DNA of 64,000 nt from Octopus vulgaris. Taxonomy: Eukaryota. The notes below the pieces were generated by a model. It saw only the letters and a list, made by a program, of their open reading frames with translations, was not told the DNA's origin and did not search any database. The DNA lies in assembly GCA_951406725.2 (NCBI GenBank), contig OX597827.1, positions 50,530,001-50,594,000 of the forward strand, in the 5' to 3' direction. Shown here in pieces: positions 27,360 to 39,800 of the stretch (positions are counted from its first letter, which is position 1; every line of letters starts with the position of its first letter). The position numbers and the translations under genes were made by a program.

Positions 27360-28105
27360 ATCTTTGGGAATCTACTATGCAACTTCTTCTGATCTTATTT
27401 CTGGTTTTTAACTTTGTTTGGGTTTTTGGTTTCCCTGTCTTGCTGTGACTCTAGAAGCATTTAGTAAACACTTTTCACTATTACATACATAGGAGTCTAT
27501 ATCTAATCTAGCTAACTCCATGCAATCTTCTACTGATATCAACCTTCTTTCGCCTTCCTTCCTTGGTAAGTAAAATATTGTTACTCTTACCCTTGGGTAA
27601 AGTCCTCCATTTATATTGAATTCCTACCTAGTTCTTCTGTCTAGCTTTGCTAATTCAGGTTTTGTCCACTCTACAAAAGCAACTGAATATCTAAGTAATG
27701 ATACTGCCCAAGTATTTACACCCTTCACTAGATTCGGAACATTTAGCTTTGACTTTATAAGCTTCCCCAACCATCTGATATACCCCTCAATTGTCGTTTT
27801 CATTTCTGTGGTTAGTACCCTGTCTGATTCTAATACTCCTAGATTCTTATAACTCTCTCCTCCTTTCAATGATTTTAATGCCTAGCCATCTGATAATTGG
27901 ATGTCTTCGCTGTTGACTACATGTCCCCTTCTCATGACTAATATCGTACACTTATCTATGCCAAATTTCATGCCTATATCTTTGCTGAAGAGTCTTACAG
28001 TCTGTATTAAGGAATCTATCTCTTTTCATTCATACTAAAAAGCTTCAGATCACCCATGTAGATCAAATGGTTAGTTTTTCCTAACTATTTCTGACCTGAT
28101 ACCCT
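27360..28105 (-). mobile_element. R4/Dong-clade (RLE) non-LTR retrotransposon RT fragment
   Basis: NHLIYMGDLKLF, DIGMKFGIDKC, YKNLGVLE, KGVNTWAVSLLRYS..EWTKPELAKLDRRTR. Confidence 0.75.
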
Positions 28106-28335
28106 GTCTTTGCCTCCCTTAAATAAAGAAATAAAAACACTATATGAACAAAAATATGCTTCGCGGGAAAATTTACTGGCGGTGCCCTGGAAAAGGATGC
28201 GACGTGTGTGTGTGTGTTTTAGAAAAGATGCCTTGTTGGTAGATGGCACTTTTCCTTTTAGGATTGCATTTCTTGTTAAGAGGAGATCTTTTTAAAGGGA
28301 GATCAAACATAAGACAAATATCAAAGGGGACAACG

Positions 28336-28371
<36 letters not shown>

Positions 28372-28373
<2 letters not shown>

Positions 28374-28700
28374 TATGTTTGACTTTTGCTTTATATTTGT
28401 ACAAGTTGGCTCCAAGTCTCACCCAGAGACCTCAAGAGACAACAGGTTGGAAGTTCATGTTGTTGTAATGCCTAGTGTGCCATATATTTGGAGGGGGCGA
28501 GTTTTTGGTGTTGTACTAATGAATGTCCAAAAAAAATAAATAAAAAATAATTTTAAAAATATAAAAAAAAAATATTGTTCTTTTTTTTTTTAAAAAAAAA
28601 CGGAAATTATGTTTGTTTTAAACCTTGAGATTACATAGAAAGTATTTTGAGTAGGATATGAGCAGTTCCCATGAGCACTATCTTTTGAATTTCTGCCATT
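28372..28700 (-). mobile_element. R4/Dong-clade 3' end inserted in (TAA)n
   Basis: MAEIQKIVLMGTAHILLKILSM* plus 3' UTR; (TTA)n on both sides (28338-28371, 28700-28843). Confidence 0.8.
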
Positions 28701-28716
28701 TTATTATTATTATTAA

Positions 28717-28770
<54 letters not shown>

Positions 28771-28808
28771 CATCATTATTATTATCATCATCATCGTTAT
28801 CGTTATCG

Positions 28809-28845
<37 letters not shown>

Positions 28846-29840
28846 GGCAGCGAACGGGCAGAATCGTTAGCACGCTTCTTTTGTCGGCTCGTTGTTCTTC
28901 AAAACGTTTGGTAATGTTATATGTGAATGTCACACGTTTCCGAAACAGTCACCAAATATAATGTCATACTGTCAGACTTTCTTCCCTTTATTCCTCTCAA
29001 TATCGATTGACTTACATTTCGCTAAAATAATGAAAAACCTAGTTTGCAACTACAACGATAAATATGTCAATATATGTTCTGTTGACATGCTTTGTCATAC
29101 AGTGCGCAAATTCCAGTGACGAATGATAGAATTTTTTAAATTATGCTTTGAGGATTATTGCTCTGTACACTAATCTGAAGCATCACAAATATATTGAGAT
29201 AAGTAGCAAATAAAATGAAGCAAAATAAAAGAGGAAAGCAAAAGCATTATCAAATAGTACTTAGTAGAAGATTCAAAACTGATATTTATAAGCGGAAGAA
29301 TATTTTATAAATCTTTTCTAAATCTAAAACAACTATCTTATTTTCATCTAAAGAACCTTTTTTTTAAGGCATAGCATGTTTTCCTTCTTGTAGTATTATG
29401 AACTTCGAATTATACTAAAATGGTTTTATGCTGCATTCTTGGATTCAAGGATTGAAGAAAAGTTATTATAGGGGGGGATGAAGGGAAGATAGAGATGCTT
29501 AAGCTTTTCTTAAGACCATTAATGACACAAAGTAAATTTTTTAGAACACGACAGTGTTCCATACAACAGCCTGTGTTGTTGAAGGAAATGAAATAACCAT
29601 TGAAAAGGAAACAGGGATAAAAGAATGGATTTAATGTTGTTTTTTTTATGGGTTTACTATGATAGCGAAAGAGAATGCCTCTGCAATCCCACAATATTTT
29701 CTACGAATCACCTTACACAAAACTTGAAATTTGCAGGCAAGTCACTTGAATTAACTCCACAAATAGCAGGCAATTATTTTATCGATCGTGGAAGACAGAT
29801 ATACACGCACAAACATTTAAACACACACACGCACATACAC

Positions 29841-29892
<52 letters not shown>

Positions 29893-29997
29893 GAGATGGG
29901 AGAGAAAGAGAGATATAGAGACAGAGACAGACAGACAGAGGCGGGGGAAGAATATTACACATGAAAGCTTTTATAGGAGTTTGTTAGAGAAGATATC

Positions 29998-31902
29998 GGA
30001 TCCTTTCTGTTGCTGTAACAGGTTTTGAAATTTTAAAATTAAGCGAAAATTTAAAAATTTTGTATAATCATTTATTCCAGACAAATGCTTAGTATAATAT
30101 TACAGGATTTAAAGTTTGATCATTTTTACTCAATCATCAAACAGGATTTGGAAGCGGCCATTTTGTGTGCGATAACATTACGAAAACATTACGACGAGAA
30201 ACTTCTAAGAACTTTGAAGTTTTAATAAGTTTTAATGAATAAAGTTTTAGGAAATGTTGGAACAGGCATATAAACATTATAAATAGGAAATATCCTACAG
30301 GGATTGTTTTGGGGCTGGGGGCTGTGAGAGAAAACAAATAAAAAATAGCAACTGTACGTTAAGTTTCAAAACCAAAAAAACTTAAAATGTAGTTCACTTT
30401 TCTACGTCGAAAATTATAACCATTCATTTCAGGAATGTGAGACCAGACCTTTTACAACACAGAAAATTATGGTTTTTCTCAAAAAACCGACTAACGTATG
30501 CATTCCTCTAGTGTGTCGCGTTTCCGACATGGAGCCGCCTAAAGAAAAAAAGTATGTTCCCATGACACATTTCTCTGATAACCTATTGCTCTGTTTGCAG
30601 GCATCCTTCCTCGGTTGTATTTACATTTTCAGAAGACTGTTTTGCCTCTCAACAATCTTTCAAGGACCTTTTATTTGAACTTGGTTGCAGAGCAGGTCCC
30701 CCACAAGTATTTCTTGACCCATAAGTAAAAGGAAAACAAGAAATGCAATCCTAAGGTATCTTTTCTAACAAACACACACACGTCGCATCCTTTTCCAGAG
30801 CACCGCCAGTGAATTTTCTCGCGTAGCATCTTTTTGTTCATATAGTGTTTTCATTTCTTTATTTTTATTATATTTTTGCGTATATAATATTCTTTCAAAG
30901 AAAATACCTCTCTCTTGCAAGTGAGAAACTGAAACCTCGTCGTTTTTCAGCTTATCCATCATATTCGAAAAGTTAAATGAATTGGCTGCGGTCATATTTA
31001 TATTTCGGTTGGAAGGTTCAGGAAAACATACAGTCCAAAATTATGAAAATGAGATAGTGACAGGAAAGCACGCGAAAATATTCACTCACTTCTTAAAAAA
31101 TACAGGTGAAAATGACAAAAATGAGGTCGTCCAAATGTTCAGAAATTAGGAACGAGAAGATTTAAACAGACTATACCTTAGCTTGTTACTATGGAATTAG
31201 GCCTCAATGTTTATGGCTTTCGATTGGCTAAAATTTTTAAAAGAGTGCAAACTTTAAAAACCAATGACTTTTTAGTCATGAATTTATAGCAAAAATATAA
31301 TTTATTTCCATAATTAGCATAAGGACAAATTAGTATAATTAGCATAATGACAAAAATGACAAAAATGAGGTCGTCCAAATGTTCAGAAATTAGGTACGAT
31401 GAGATTTAAACAGACTATACCTTAGCTTGTTACTATGGAATCAGGCAGGCCTCAATGTTTATGGCTTTCGATTGGCTAAAATTTAAAAAAGAGTGCAAAC
31501 TTTAAAAACCAATGACTTTTTATTTATGAATTTATAGCAAAAATATAATTTATTTCCATAATTAGCATAAGGACAAATTAGTATAATTAGCATAATGACA
31601 AAAATGACAAAAATGAGGTCGTCCAAATGTTCAGAAATTAGGTACGGGGAGATTTAAACAGACTATACCTTAGCTTGTTACTATGGAATCAGGCAGGCCT
31701 CGATGTTTATGGCTTTCGATTGGCTAAAATTTAAAAAAGAGTGCAAACTTTAAAAACCCATGACTTTTTATTTATGAATTTATTACAAAAATGTAATTTA
31801 TTTCCATAATTAGCATACAAAACTACATCAGTGCACCAAATTTGAACACAATTGGAACAAAATCAAAAGAATTGAAAACTGAGACAGTTACAAAAAAGAT
31901 CT
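29998..31902 (-). mobile_element. Merlin/IS1016-like transposon, copy 2, with both ends
   Basis: Imperfect ~35-bp TIRs (ggatcctttctgttgctgtaacagg / ctgagacagttacaaaaaagatct); 8-bp TSD aagatatc/gagatatc; decayed transposase on the minus strand from ATG at about 30995. Confidence 0.78.
31111..31817. repeat. Three tandem ~244-248-bp units inside Merlin copy 2
   Basis: aatgacaaaaatgaggtcgtccaaatgttcag starts at 31111, 31355 and 31603. Confidence 0.92.
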
Positions 31903-32099
31903 GAGATATCAACACTACGAGTTTTTCTTTTCTTTTTTCTTTTCAACATTTTATCGATCGTGGAAGAATGAAAGAAAACGTCGACCCCGGTATGTTTTTT
32001 AAGGTACAGTGTAGATATAATGAACTAAATATTACATTTACGTATTTGCTTTGCAAGATTCCTAATGTGAAATCGTGTTGTTAATACACATATTGTTAT

Positions 32100-32513
32100 T
32101 ATTTCGGTGCGGTCAATTTTTTTTTTCAGCAAATAAACACTCGCGCTATATATTCGTTATTCACTTCAGATTTATTTTATTATCGTTCTTATTTTAGGTC
32201 ATTCGTCTGAAAATATTTCATCACACGTCCTGTGACGGCTCCATTCCACGTCTCTCCTCTTGTTATGCTTGGTTCATTCTGTGTTTCTATGTTGAAAGGA
32301 AAATTAAGATGCTTAAGCTCGAGAAAGACAGAATTGACTAAAGAGAATAGGAGACAGGTGAGACGGAGAGTCACTGAAGGGATCACAGGATATTTGATTG
32401 AATATTTCCATTTAAATGACATAAATAAAGAACAATAACAAATAAATCTGAAGTGAAGAACGGATATATAAAGCGTGTGTTTATTTGGCGAAAAAAATGA
32501 CCGCCCCAAAATA
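32100..32513. mobile_element. Long-TIR MITE/fold-back element
   Basis: 32100-32222 is an imperfect reverse complement of 32395-32513 (gcggtca...caaataaacac...ttcacttcagatttattt). Confidence 0.75.
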
Positions 32514-33075
32514 TGAAAAAAAAAAACTATCCCGAAATATGAAAGGTAACAACCTCGAAATATAATACAGAACTAAATATTTTTTGATGATTAAGTATTT
32601 TTTTACCTTCATTGCCATGGATTTTTATTGAAGAGTTGATTGGATTGACTCCTATACAATAATCGGACATATTTTCTTAACCACACTGATCAAATGCAAA
32701 AAAGATCCCAAATGGGTTTGAATTTCAAGCAGTAACATATCGAACGCACAATATCCTGAACTGGATTAATCTAGCAGCGACAGTAACCGTATGCTATGGA
32801 GTATTTTCCACCTCATGCTACATGTTATTCTGCATATACTTTATTACTATAGTACTATGCACTGCCTCCGATTTTGTGAGCCACTGGGTGTTTAAGGTTG
32901 TCCCAATAATTAAAATACTTCCGATATCCAAAACACTCTAAATTATGCAAATTACAATTCAATTGGATGGTAGTGGTAAATGGGCAGGCTAACGGCATTA
33001 CTGTCCGATGCTAATTGATATACCATTCTATTTCTCTATTTCGAGGCATTAATGTCGTCAAGCACAAATTCGAGC

Positions 33076-33118
<43 letters not shown>

Positions 33119-33121
<3 letters not shown>

Positions 33122-33372
33122 CATGTTTGACTTTTGCTTTACATTTGCACAAGAGACAACAGGTTGGAACTTCGTGTTGGTGTTATGCCTAGGGTGCCAT
33201 ATATTTGGTTTTGTACTTAGTGTTGTACTAGTGGATGCCTAAAAAACCATACGAAAATTATGTTTGTTTTAAAACTTGAGATTACATAGAAAGTATTTTG
33301 CGTAGGATATGAGCAGTTCCCATGAGCACTATTTTTTTAAATTCTGCCATTTTGGGGTTTCCTGGTATCTGA
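33119..33372 (-). mobile_element. R4/Dong-clade 3' end inserted in (TAA)n, second copy
   Basis: Homologous to 28372-28700 (MGTAHILRKILSM and 3' UTR); (TTA)n at 33077-33118 and 33373-33428. Confidence 0.8.
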
Positions 33373-33429
<57 letters not shown>

Positions 33430-33839
33430 TATGTATATATATATAAATTCTGTTCAAAGAATCATTTTAATACTAATATACTATAGACTCCGTTTATGTT
33501 AACTATTTCCATTAAATCAAATTGTGGTTTTGGATAAGGTAAGAAACATTTTAGTGAGTAGAGTTTTTACCGTAACCTTACGTTGTACGCTAAAACTATA
33601 GCACAAATAAGAAGTTTAAACTTCGGTTATGTTAATTTGCTATGACTGGTTCTAAAGTTTTATAGCAAGAAATATTGTTGAAAGAAGACGATATGAGATC
33701 CATTAACATAAAATTAGTCTGCCTTCCAACCTGTACTGAAATTACTGTAGTAGTTATGAATCAAGACAATACATATATTTTACTCAGGGATGTACAAGGG
33801 TGTACAGGGTTGTAGAGGGATACACAAGGATGATGGGGT

Positions 33840-33916
33840 GATATATAAATATATATATATATAAATATATATATATAATATATATATATAAATATATATA
33901 TATAAATATATATATA

Positions 33917-33950
<34 letters not shown>

Positions 33951-34170
33951 AAATATATATATAAATATATATATATAAATATATATGTATAAATATATAT
34001 GTATAAATATATATATATAAATATATATATATAAATATATATATATAAATATATATATATAAATATATATATAAATATATATATATAAATATATATATAT
34101 AAATATATATAAATATATATATATAATATATATATATATATATACACGCGCGCGCGCGCGCACACACACC
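33840..34170. repeat. (TA)n/TAAA microsatellite followed by (CG)n(CA)n
   Basis: Direct reading. Confidence 0.95.
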
Positions 34171-34185
34171 TCAAACCCCATTATA

Positions 34186-35004
34186 TTGGGTCATCTCATA
34201 AATAATGCGGTTTCTATATACTCCTTTTATTGTTCAAAATTACGATAAACAAAGTTCTTTTTAATCTAAAATATTCTCTTCACTTTCCACAATGCTCTTC
34301 CATCTATCTGACAGACTTGCAAGATCCCTCTTCCAAAACACACTTGTCCGTGATGAAAAATATTCCTCTACTACTGTTCTGACCTCGTCTAGAAAATTCA
34401 CATTCTTTCCGTCCAAATGATTTTGAAGACTGCGGAATAAATGATAATCAGATGGGGCAATATCCGGTGAATATGGTAGGTGGGGCACTGTTTCCTATTC
34501 AAAGTGCTCCAGCATTTGGAATGTCAATTTCGCCGTATGTAGCCGAGCAGTATCCTGATGGAAGAATACCTTTTGTCTTGAAACCAAAGATGGTCGTTCT
34601 CCGATGACATGCAGGTGTCGATGAATGGTTGAATGGCCACATCCAAGTTTCTCTACTAGTTCCGCAACAGTTACGATGGAATTTTGGTCCACCAGTGTTT
34701 GCAGGAAGTCCTCACGAGCTCTACAGTTCTTCCAGGAAGAGAGGCTCGTCTTCTAGGCTGTAGTTTCCGACTCGGAATTTCTGGAAACACCGCTGACACT
34801 GGCTTGCACTTATTGTCCGATCCCCATATACTGAATTAATATTCCTTGCATTTTTCCTTGTGTTGTTACCTTTATTGAACTGCACTCTTCAAAACTTACA
34901 CTAAGAATAAGACTAAGGTATAATTACTACCTGCTTTTATAGCAAGTTGAGGCACTTTTAGTTCATGCAACTGAAAAAACCGCATTATTTATGGGATGAC
35001 CCAA
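34186..35004 (-). mobile_element. Mariner element, internally deleted
   Basis: TIR ttgggtcatctcataaataatgcggtt / aaccgcattatttatgggatgacccaa, TA on both sides; FHQDTARLHTA and PYSPDIAPSDYHLFRSL motifs. Confidence 0.9.
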
Positions 35005-35089
35005 TACATGTATACTACGGATTGATGCTTACACGCCTGTGTGTGGGTGTAGAGTGGAAGAAATCGAGAGAAATAACATAAAACTTTCA

Positions 35090-35779
35090 TATTTTTATCT
35101 CTTCGTCAAATATCTGAGAAATATTTGTTTTTCTACTTTTCTTGGCTTTTCATTCTGTCTGTCATGAATAGGAAGATATTTTTACCAGCGTTTATCTCTA
35201 TAAATCGAATATTCTTGTGACATTTGAATATTGTATGATCGATTAGAAAAATCATCGAAATCAACGAACTTGATAGTTTTTCCACATCTTTTAGACTTCA
35301 ATACGCAAATACCTGAATTATTGAAATTGAAGTTGTTGTAAAGTGTCCAATGGACAATCCTTGCTATATTGTTATGACGTCTCTTATATTTTTTCTGGCT
35401 AGTGGCGTACATTGACTGGTAATATGCCATACGGTTTCACCATTTTGTCTATAAATTCTGCACTTATCACTTTCTCATGTGTTGTCTATTCTGTATCTGA
35501 TGTAATTCGTTCTTGACGCTTGCTCTTGGGCAGCACAGATTAGAGTTTCCGTTTCCGGTTTTAAATCACTTTTAGTCATCTATAGCAGTCTTTTTTTCTC
35601 TGTCTTATCTTCAACATCACTATAAAATTGTCTGTGCATTCTTTTCTTTATCCACCTATTTTCAGTTTCATTCATTCTCAACTGCTTGTACAGGGCCTTA
35701 TCTTTGCAATCTTCCATCTTACACAAGCCTAACCTTCTTACTTCCAATATTAGAGGTTCTGTGGTATTTTTACATACCA
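35090..35779 (-). mobile_element. R4/Dong-clade C-terminal fragment (CCHC/RLE region)
   Basis: MHRQFY, LKPETETLICAAQEQ, KCRI, ETVWHI, YKRRHNNIARIVHW; abuts (ATT)n at 35780-35850. Confidence 0.75.
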
Positions 35780-35833
<54 letters not shown>

Positions 35834-35919
35834 CATTATTGTTATTATTTTAAATAGTTTGATTCGGCCCCACGCGACTTTTGAAGTTTCGTAGGATGTG
35901 TTAAGACACAAGGCGATCA

Positions 35920-36570
35920 ATTGTTCGACATGTCTATGGGAAGCTACGATGGGGATGAGATCGCTGATCGCGTCTGGGTGCCCTCAAGAAACGCACACAG
36001 CCACATAGGTCAGTCCTTTACAGGGACAATGACCGGGAAGTCTCAACCTTTATGAACAGCCACACCACGGACACATTTAGAAAAGACTTGATAAAAATAT
36101 TCAGAGAATTTAGCCTGTCCATAACAGTTACCATCAACTTCACCACGGACGTAACACTAGAACTGAAAGCGGGCAAGTACTACCCTTACAGGAAACCCAA
36201 CGAGGAAACTGTGTACATCCACAGAAGCTGGAATCATCCATCCGATCTTATTAGAAACCTAGTTTCAGGCGTAAGCACAATGACTAAGTTTTCAGCCGAT
36301 AAGATCTTCAACGTGATACCCACCCCCACAACAATGATGCATTGGTGAGGAGTGTATTTCTGAGAAGTTAGCATGTATGGAGGACATCAACTTCTCCCCC
36401 CCCCCCCCCACACCCGAATTGGACTAGAAAGAGAAAGATAATCTAGTTCAACCTTCCATTTAACTGAGAAGTTTCCACCAACGTAGATAAGAGCTACTTT
36501 TCGTTGATTAAGGTGCATTTCCCCAGGCCTATAAGTTTTATAACCTCTTCAACCCACATAACGTTAGATT
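35920..36570 (+). mobile_element. Penelope-like element RT remnant (Naiad-like)
   Basis: Decayed FDMSMGSYDG.E, LYRDND, KIFREFSLSI, YPYRKPNEETVYIH..NHP, RKRKII.FN.PF motifs. Confidence 0.65.
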
Positions 36571-36829
36571 AAAAACGAACTTTGTTTATCTTAATTTTTG
36601 AAAAATAAAAGAAGTATAAAGGCACTACATTATTTATTAGATGAGCCTACATATGAATATATATATATATATATATATACAATTTCTTTGTTTGATTTGC
36701 ATAATAGTGGTTTTGTCTCTAATTTAATATTATGATTGATTGATTGATTGATTGATTGATTCTAGTTTCAGCTTATGAGCTGTGGCCATGCTGGGGCACC
36801 GCCATTTCGTGTTGCTACTTGGTTTCACT

Positions 36830-39800
36830 TCATGGAGGCTTTCTAGCAACTGCTATTTGGTGCATGAGAGAGTTCGATGCAGCTGCCCTCATCTGCCCCT
36901 CCTGCCGTGAAGTTGGTTCATCTGGGACACCTGACAGGAAGAGATCCAGCTTCATTTTAAAGACATCTGTATCCACCCCATGCAGGTCTCTCAGGTTCTT
37001 CGGGAGGATATTGAAGAGCTGTGGGCCTCGGAAGCCCAGGCTATCACAGAATCTTGTCCTACATCTTGATGGCAGGTTTGGAGTCCTAGGCACCACGCAG
37101 TGGCGCCCAGTTCTGGCATTTGCGTAACTCTCGATGCCAAAGTTCAGGACACTTCCCTCCAGGATCTTCCAGATGTATATTATGGCATATCTTTCCCGCC
37201 TACGCTCCAGGGAATATAATTTTAATCTCTTGAGTCTTTCCCAGTAGCTTACATTCTGCATAGAGGCTATCTTCTTTGTGTAGCTTCGTTGGATCGCCTC
37301 AAGTTCTGTGATCAACTTGACACTGGATGGTGACCATAGCTGAGAGCAATAGTCAAAGTGGCTTAAGACAAGTGTCTTCCAGAGGACCATCATGGTTTCT
37401 TGTTCTCTTGTTCTAAAGGTTCTAATAATCCATCCAGCCAGCCGTCTACATTTCATTGTCAGTTTAGCAACATGTACATGAAAGGTCGCGTCATCACTCA
37501 TGTGAATACCCAGGTCACGCACTGATTGTGCCTCTGGGATTGCAATCCCTCCGGGTCCAGTGTATTCATTGGGTATTGCATTCAGTTTTGCATGCTGATA
37601 GTATAAAGCTTGAAACTTTCCAGCATTGAACTGCATGCTATTCTTTTCAGCCCACTTGTATATTTCGTCCAGCTCACATTGCAGGTGTTTAGTGTCCTCA
37701 GGGTTCTGTATTGCCTGTGAAACTTTTGTATCATCTGCATAACTTGTGATCGTGGCTCTCTGCGTGGCTGAGGGCATGTCTGAGAGGGCCATTATGAACA
37801 GTAGTGGTCCCAGAACAGTGCCCTGCGGAACACCGCTCACTATTTGTGTGTTAATGGAGGTGGCCCCATTGGCTACTACCACCTGACTTCTATCCTTCAG
37901 AAAGTCATGAAGCCATTCTCCCAGTTTTCCAACTATGTTGAGATCACGCAGTTTGTGACATATCATTCCATGATCGACTTTATCAAAGGCCTTTGCAAAG
38001 TCGAGATATATGACTTCCACATTTGAGTGGTTGAGCAGCCGTTTCAGCACCCAGTCATAGTGTTGTAGGAGCTGAGTTAAACAGCTTCTCCCTGGTCGGA
38101 AACCATGTTGGGTGTCGGGCAGCAAGTCATTCTCTTCAAGGAAGGTGATCAGCTTCCTTCTGACTATTCGTTCCATGACCTTGCTGATGTGTGAGGTCAG
38201 AGAGATAGGTCTATAGTTCTTGGCTTCCGCTCTGCTACCTCCTTTATGAATGGGGCATATTTTACCTTCCTTCAGTTTTCCTGGAAGTTTGCCAGCTGCA
38301 AGGAAGCTCTGAAAGAGGAACTGCAGTGGTCTTGCTAGGACTCTCTTACATGCTTTTAGGAGGATTGCCGGGAATCCATCGGGGCCAGTAGCTGAGTCTG
38401 TTTTCATTTCATCTATAGCCTTGGTTACATCGTCTTCCTTTATATCGATGTAATCTATCGTCGCCGCCTCTGATTTTATATCTGCAGTGGTAAAAAAGTC
38501 AGTTGGATTGGTGATTTGGAGATGCCCAAGGGGTGGAGTGAAAACACTCTTGAATTGCTCATTCAGTATTTCACTTACCCTCATTGGTTTTCCTGTAAGT
38601 GTGCCATCCTTTTCGAGGAGTGACCCTATTCTACAGTGCACTGTAGCTGTTTCTTTGGCATACCTGTAGAAAGCTCTGGGGTTAGATTTTATGTTTTCTA
38701 TAGCCCAGGCTTCTTTGTCTGCTCTTTCTTTTTCATGGGAGAGTTGCAGACATTTTTCGATTTCCAACAGTTTTATTTTTAGGCGGGACTTTTCACTGCT
38801 TTCAATCTGTTTGTTTAGGCGATTTGAAAATTTCGTACGCCGTCTCATTAAAATTTTCCTCTCTCTGGAGATTTTGTTCTTGTGTACAGTGGCCTTTCTC
38901 TCTGGGACACATTTGTAGCATATGGCTTGCATTACAGCCATGAATTGTTGAAGTTTCACGTCGATGTCTGGCGAGGAGAGACATTTAGGCCAGTTTTGTT
39001 TGAGGATCTCTTTCTCAATTTGTTTCCAGTTTGCCTTATGGTAGTTCAAGCTGGAAAGATTTTGAGGGTTTCTTGTAGGCTGCATGTCCGTGCTCTCTTT
39101 TGGCCCGTACATGGTCAGCTCTATCATGTTGTGATCCGAGAGTAGTGTCGGTGTCACTTTCACATTATGGATGAGATCCATGTCATTTGTGAAGCAGAGA
39201 TCCAGTGTGTTACCTGCCCTGGTTGGTTGGAGTATTACCTGCTCCATGTACAGGGTGTTGATGAGGTTCAGGAGGGACCTCGCCTGTCATCGTTCACATC
39301 TTGTCATTCCTGGGAGAGAAAGGCCCTCGGGCCATCTGACATTGGGCAGATTGAAGTCTCCCATAAGAAGCACACCTATGTGTTGTTCTAATGTGGTTAG
39401 AATTTCTTCTATTTTTATAAGGCAGTCTTCAAACTTGCCCACATGGCTTGGGGCATCTGGAGGGCGATATGTAGCACACACAACTACATCAAGTTGCTTA
39501 ATATGTACAATTAGTGTGTCACACACCGAGTTTGAGTATGACAAGAGGACCTGGGGTGTGAGGTCCTCACGGATGTACATAGCAACACCTCCATGACTCC
39601 TTTCTTTCCTGTCGGTCCGTAGTACAGCATACTGTGGTATGTGTAACTCCGCATCTGCTATGTCCGGTTTCAGGTGCGTTTCTGTAAGTGCTATGCATAT
39701 GGCTTGATTGCATGCAACAAAGTCTCTCAGGAACGGGATCTTTGTCCTGTTACTGAGTGTTTGCAGTCCTCTGATGTTCAGTAGGAGTATCGAGGTGAGG

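Larger units (their letters stand above)
23354..28337 (-). mobile_element. Merlin/IS1016(ISXO2)-like transposon, copy 1, fragmented by nested insertions
   Basis: Pieces 23354-23520, 23933-24220, 27119-27355 and 28118-28337 align to 30085-30860. Minus strand 27092-27322 reads VGGPRKIVEKD...QWVIRGVCRETRLVFLYAVPCR, the Merlin GGPG..VEIDE..WV.G motif. Confidence 0.75.

Noticed and set aside
31111-31817. CRISPR-like array
   Set aside because: Whole units repeat with no unique spacers; eukaryotic context and no cas genes.
39287-39289. In-frame TGA as selenocysteine or programmed readthrough
   Set aside because: It falls at a non-catalytic, variable position, and the 3' UTR is too short to show a SECIS. 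A point mutation or sequencing error is simpler unless sibling copies share the stop.
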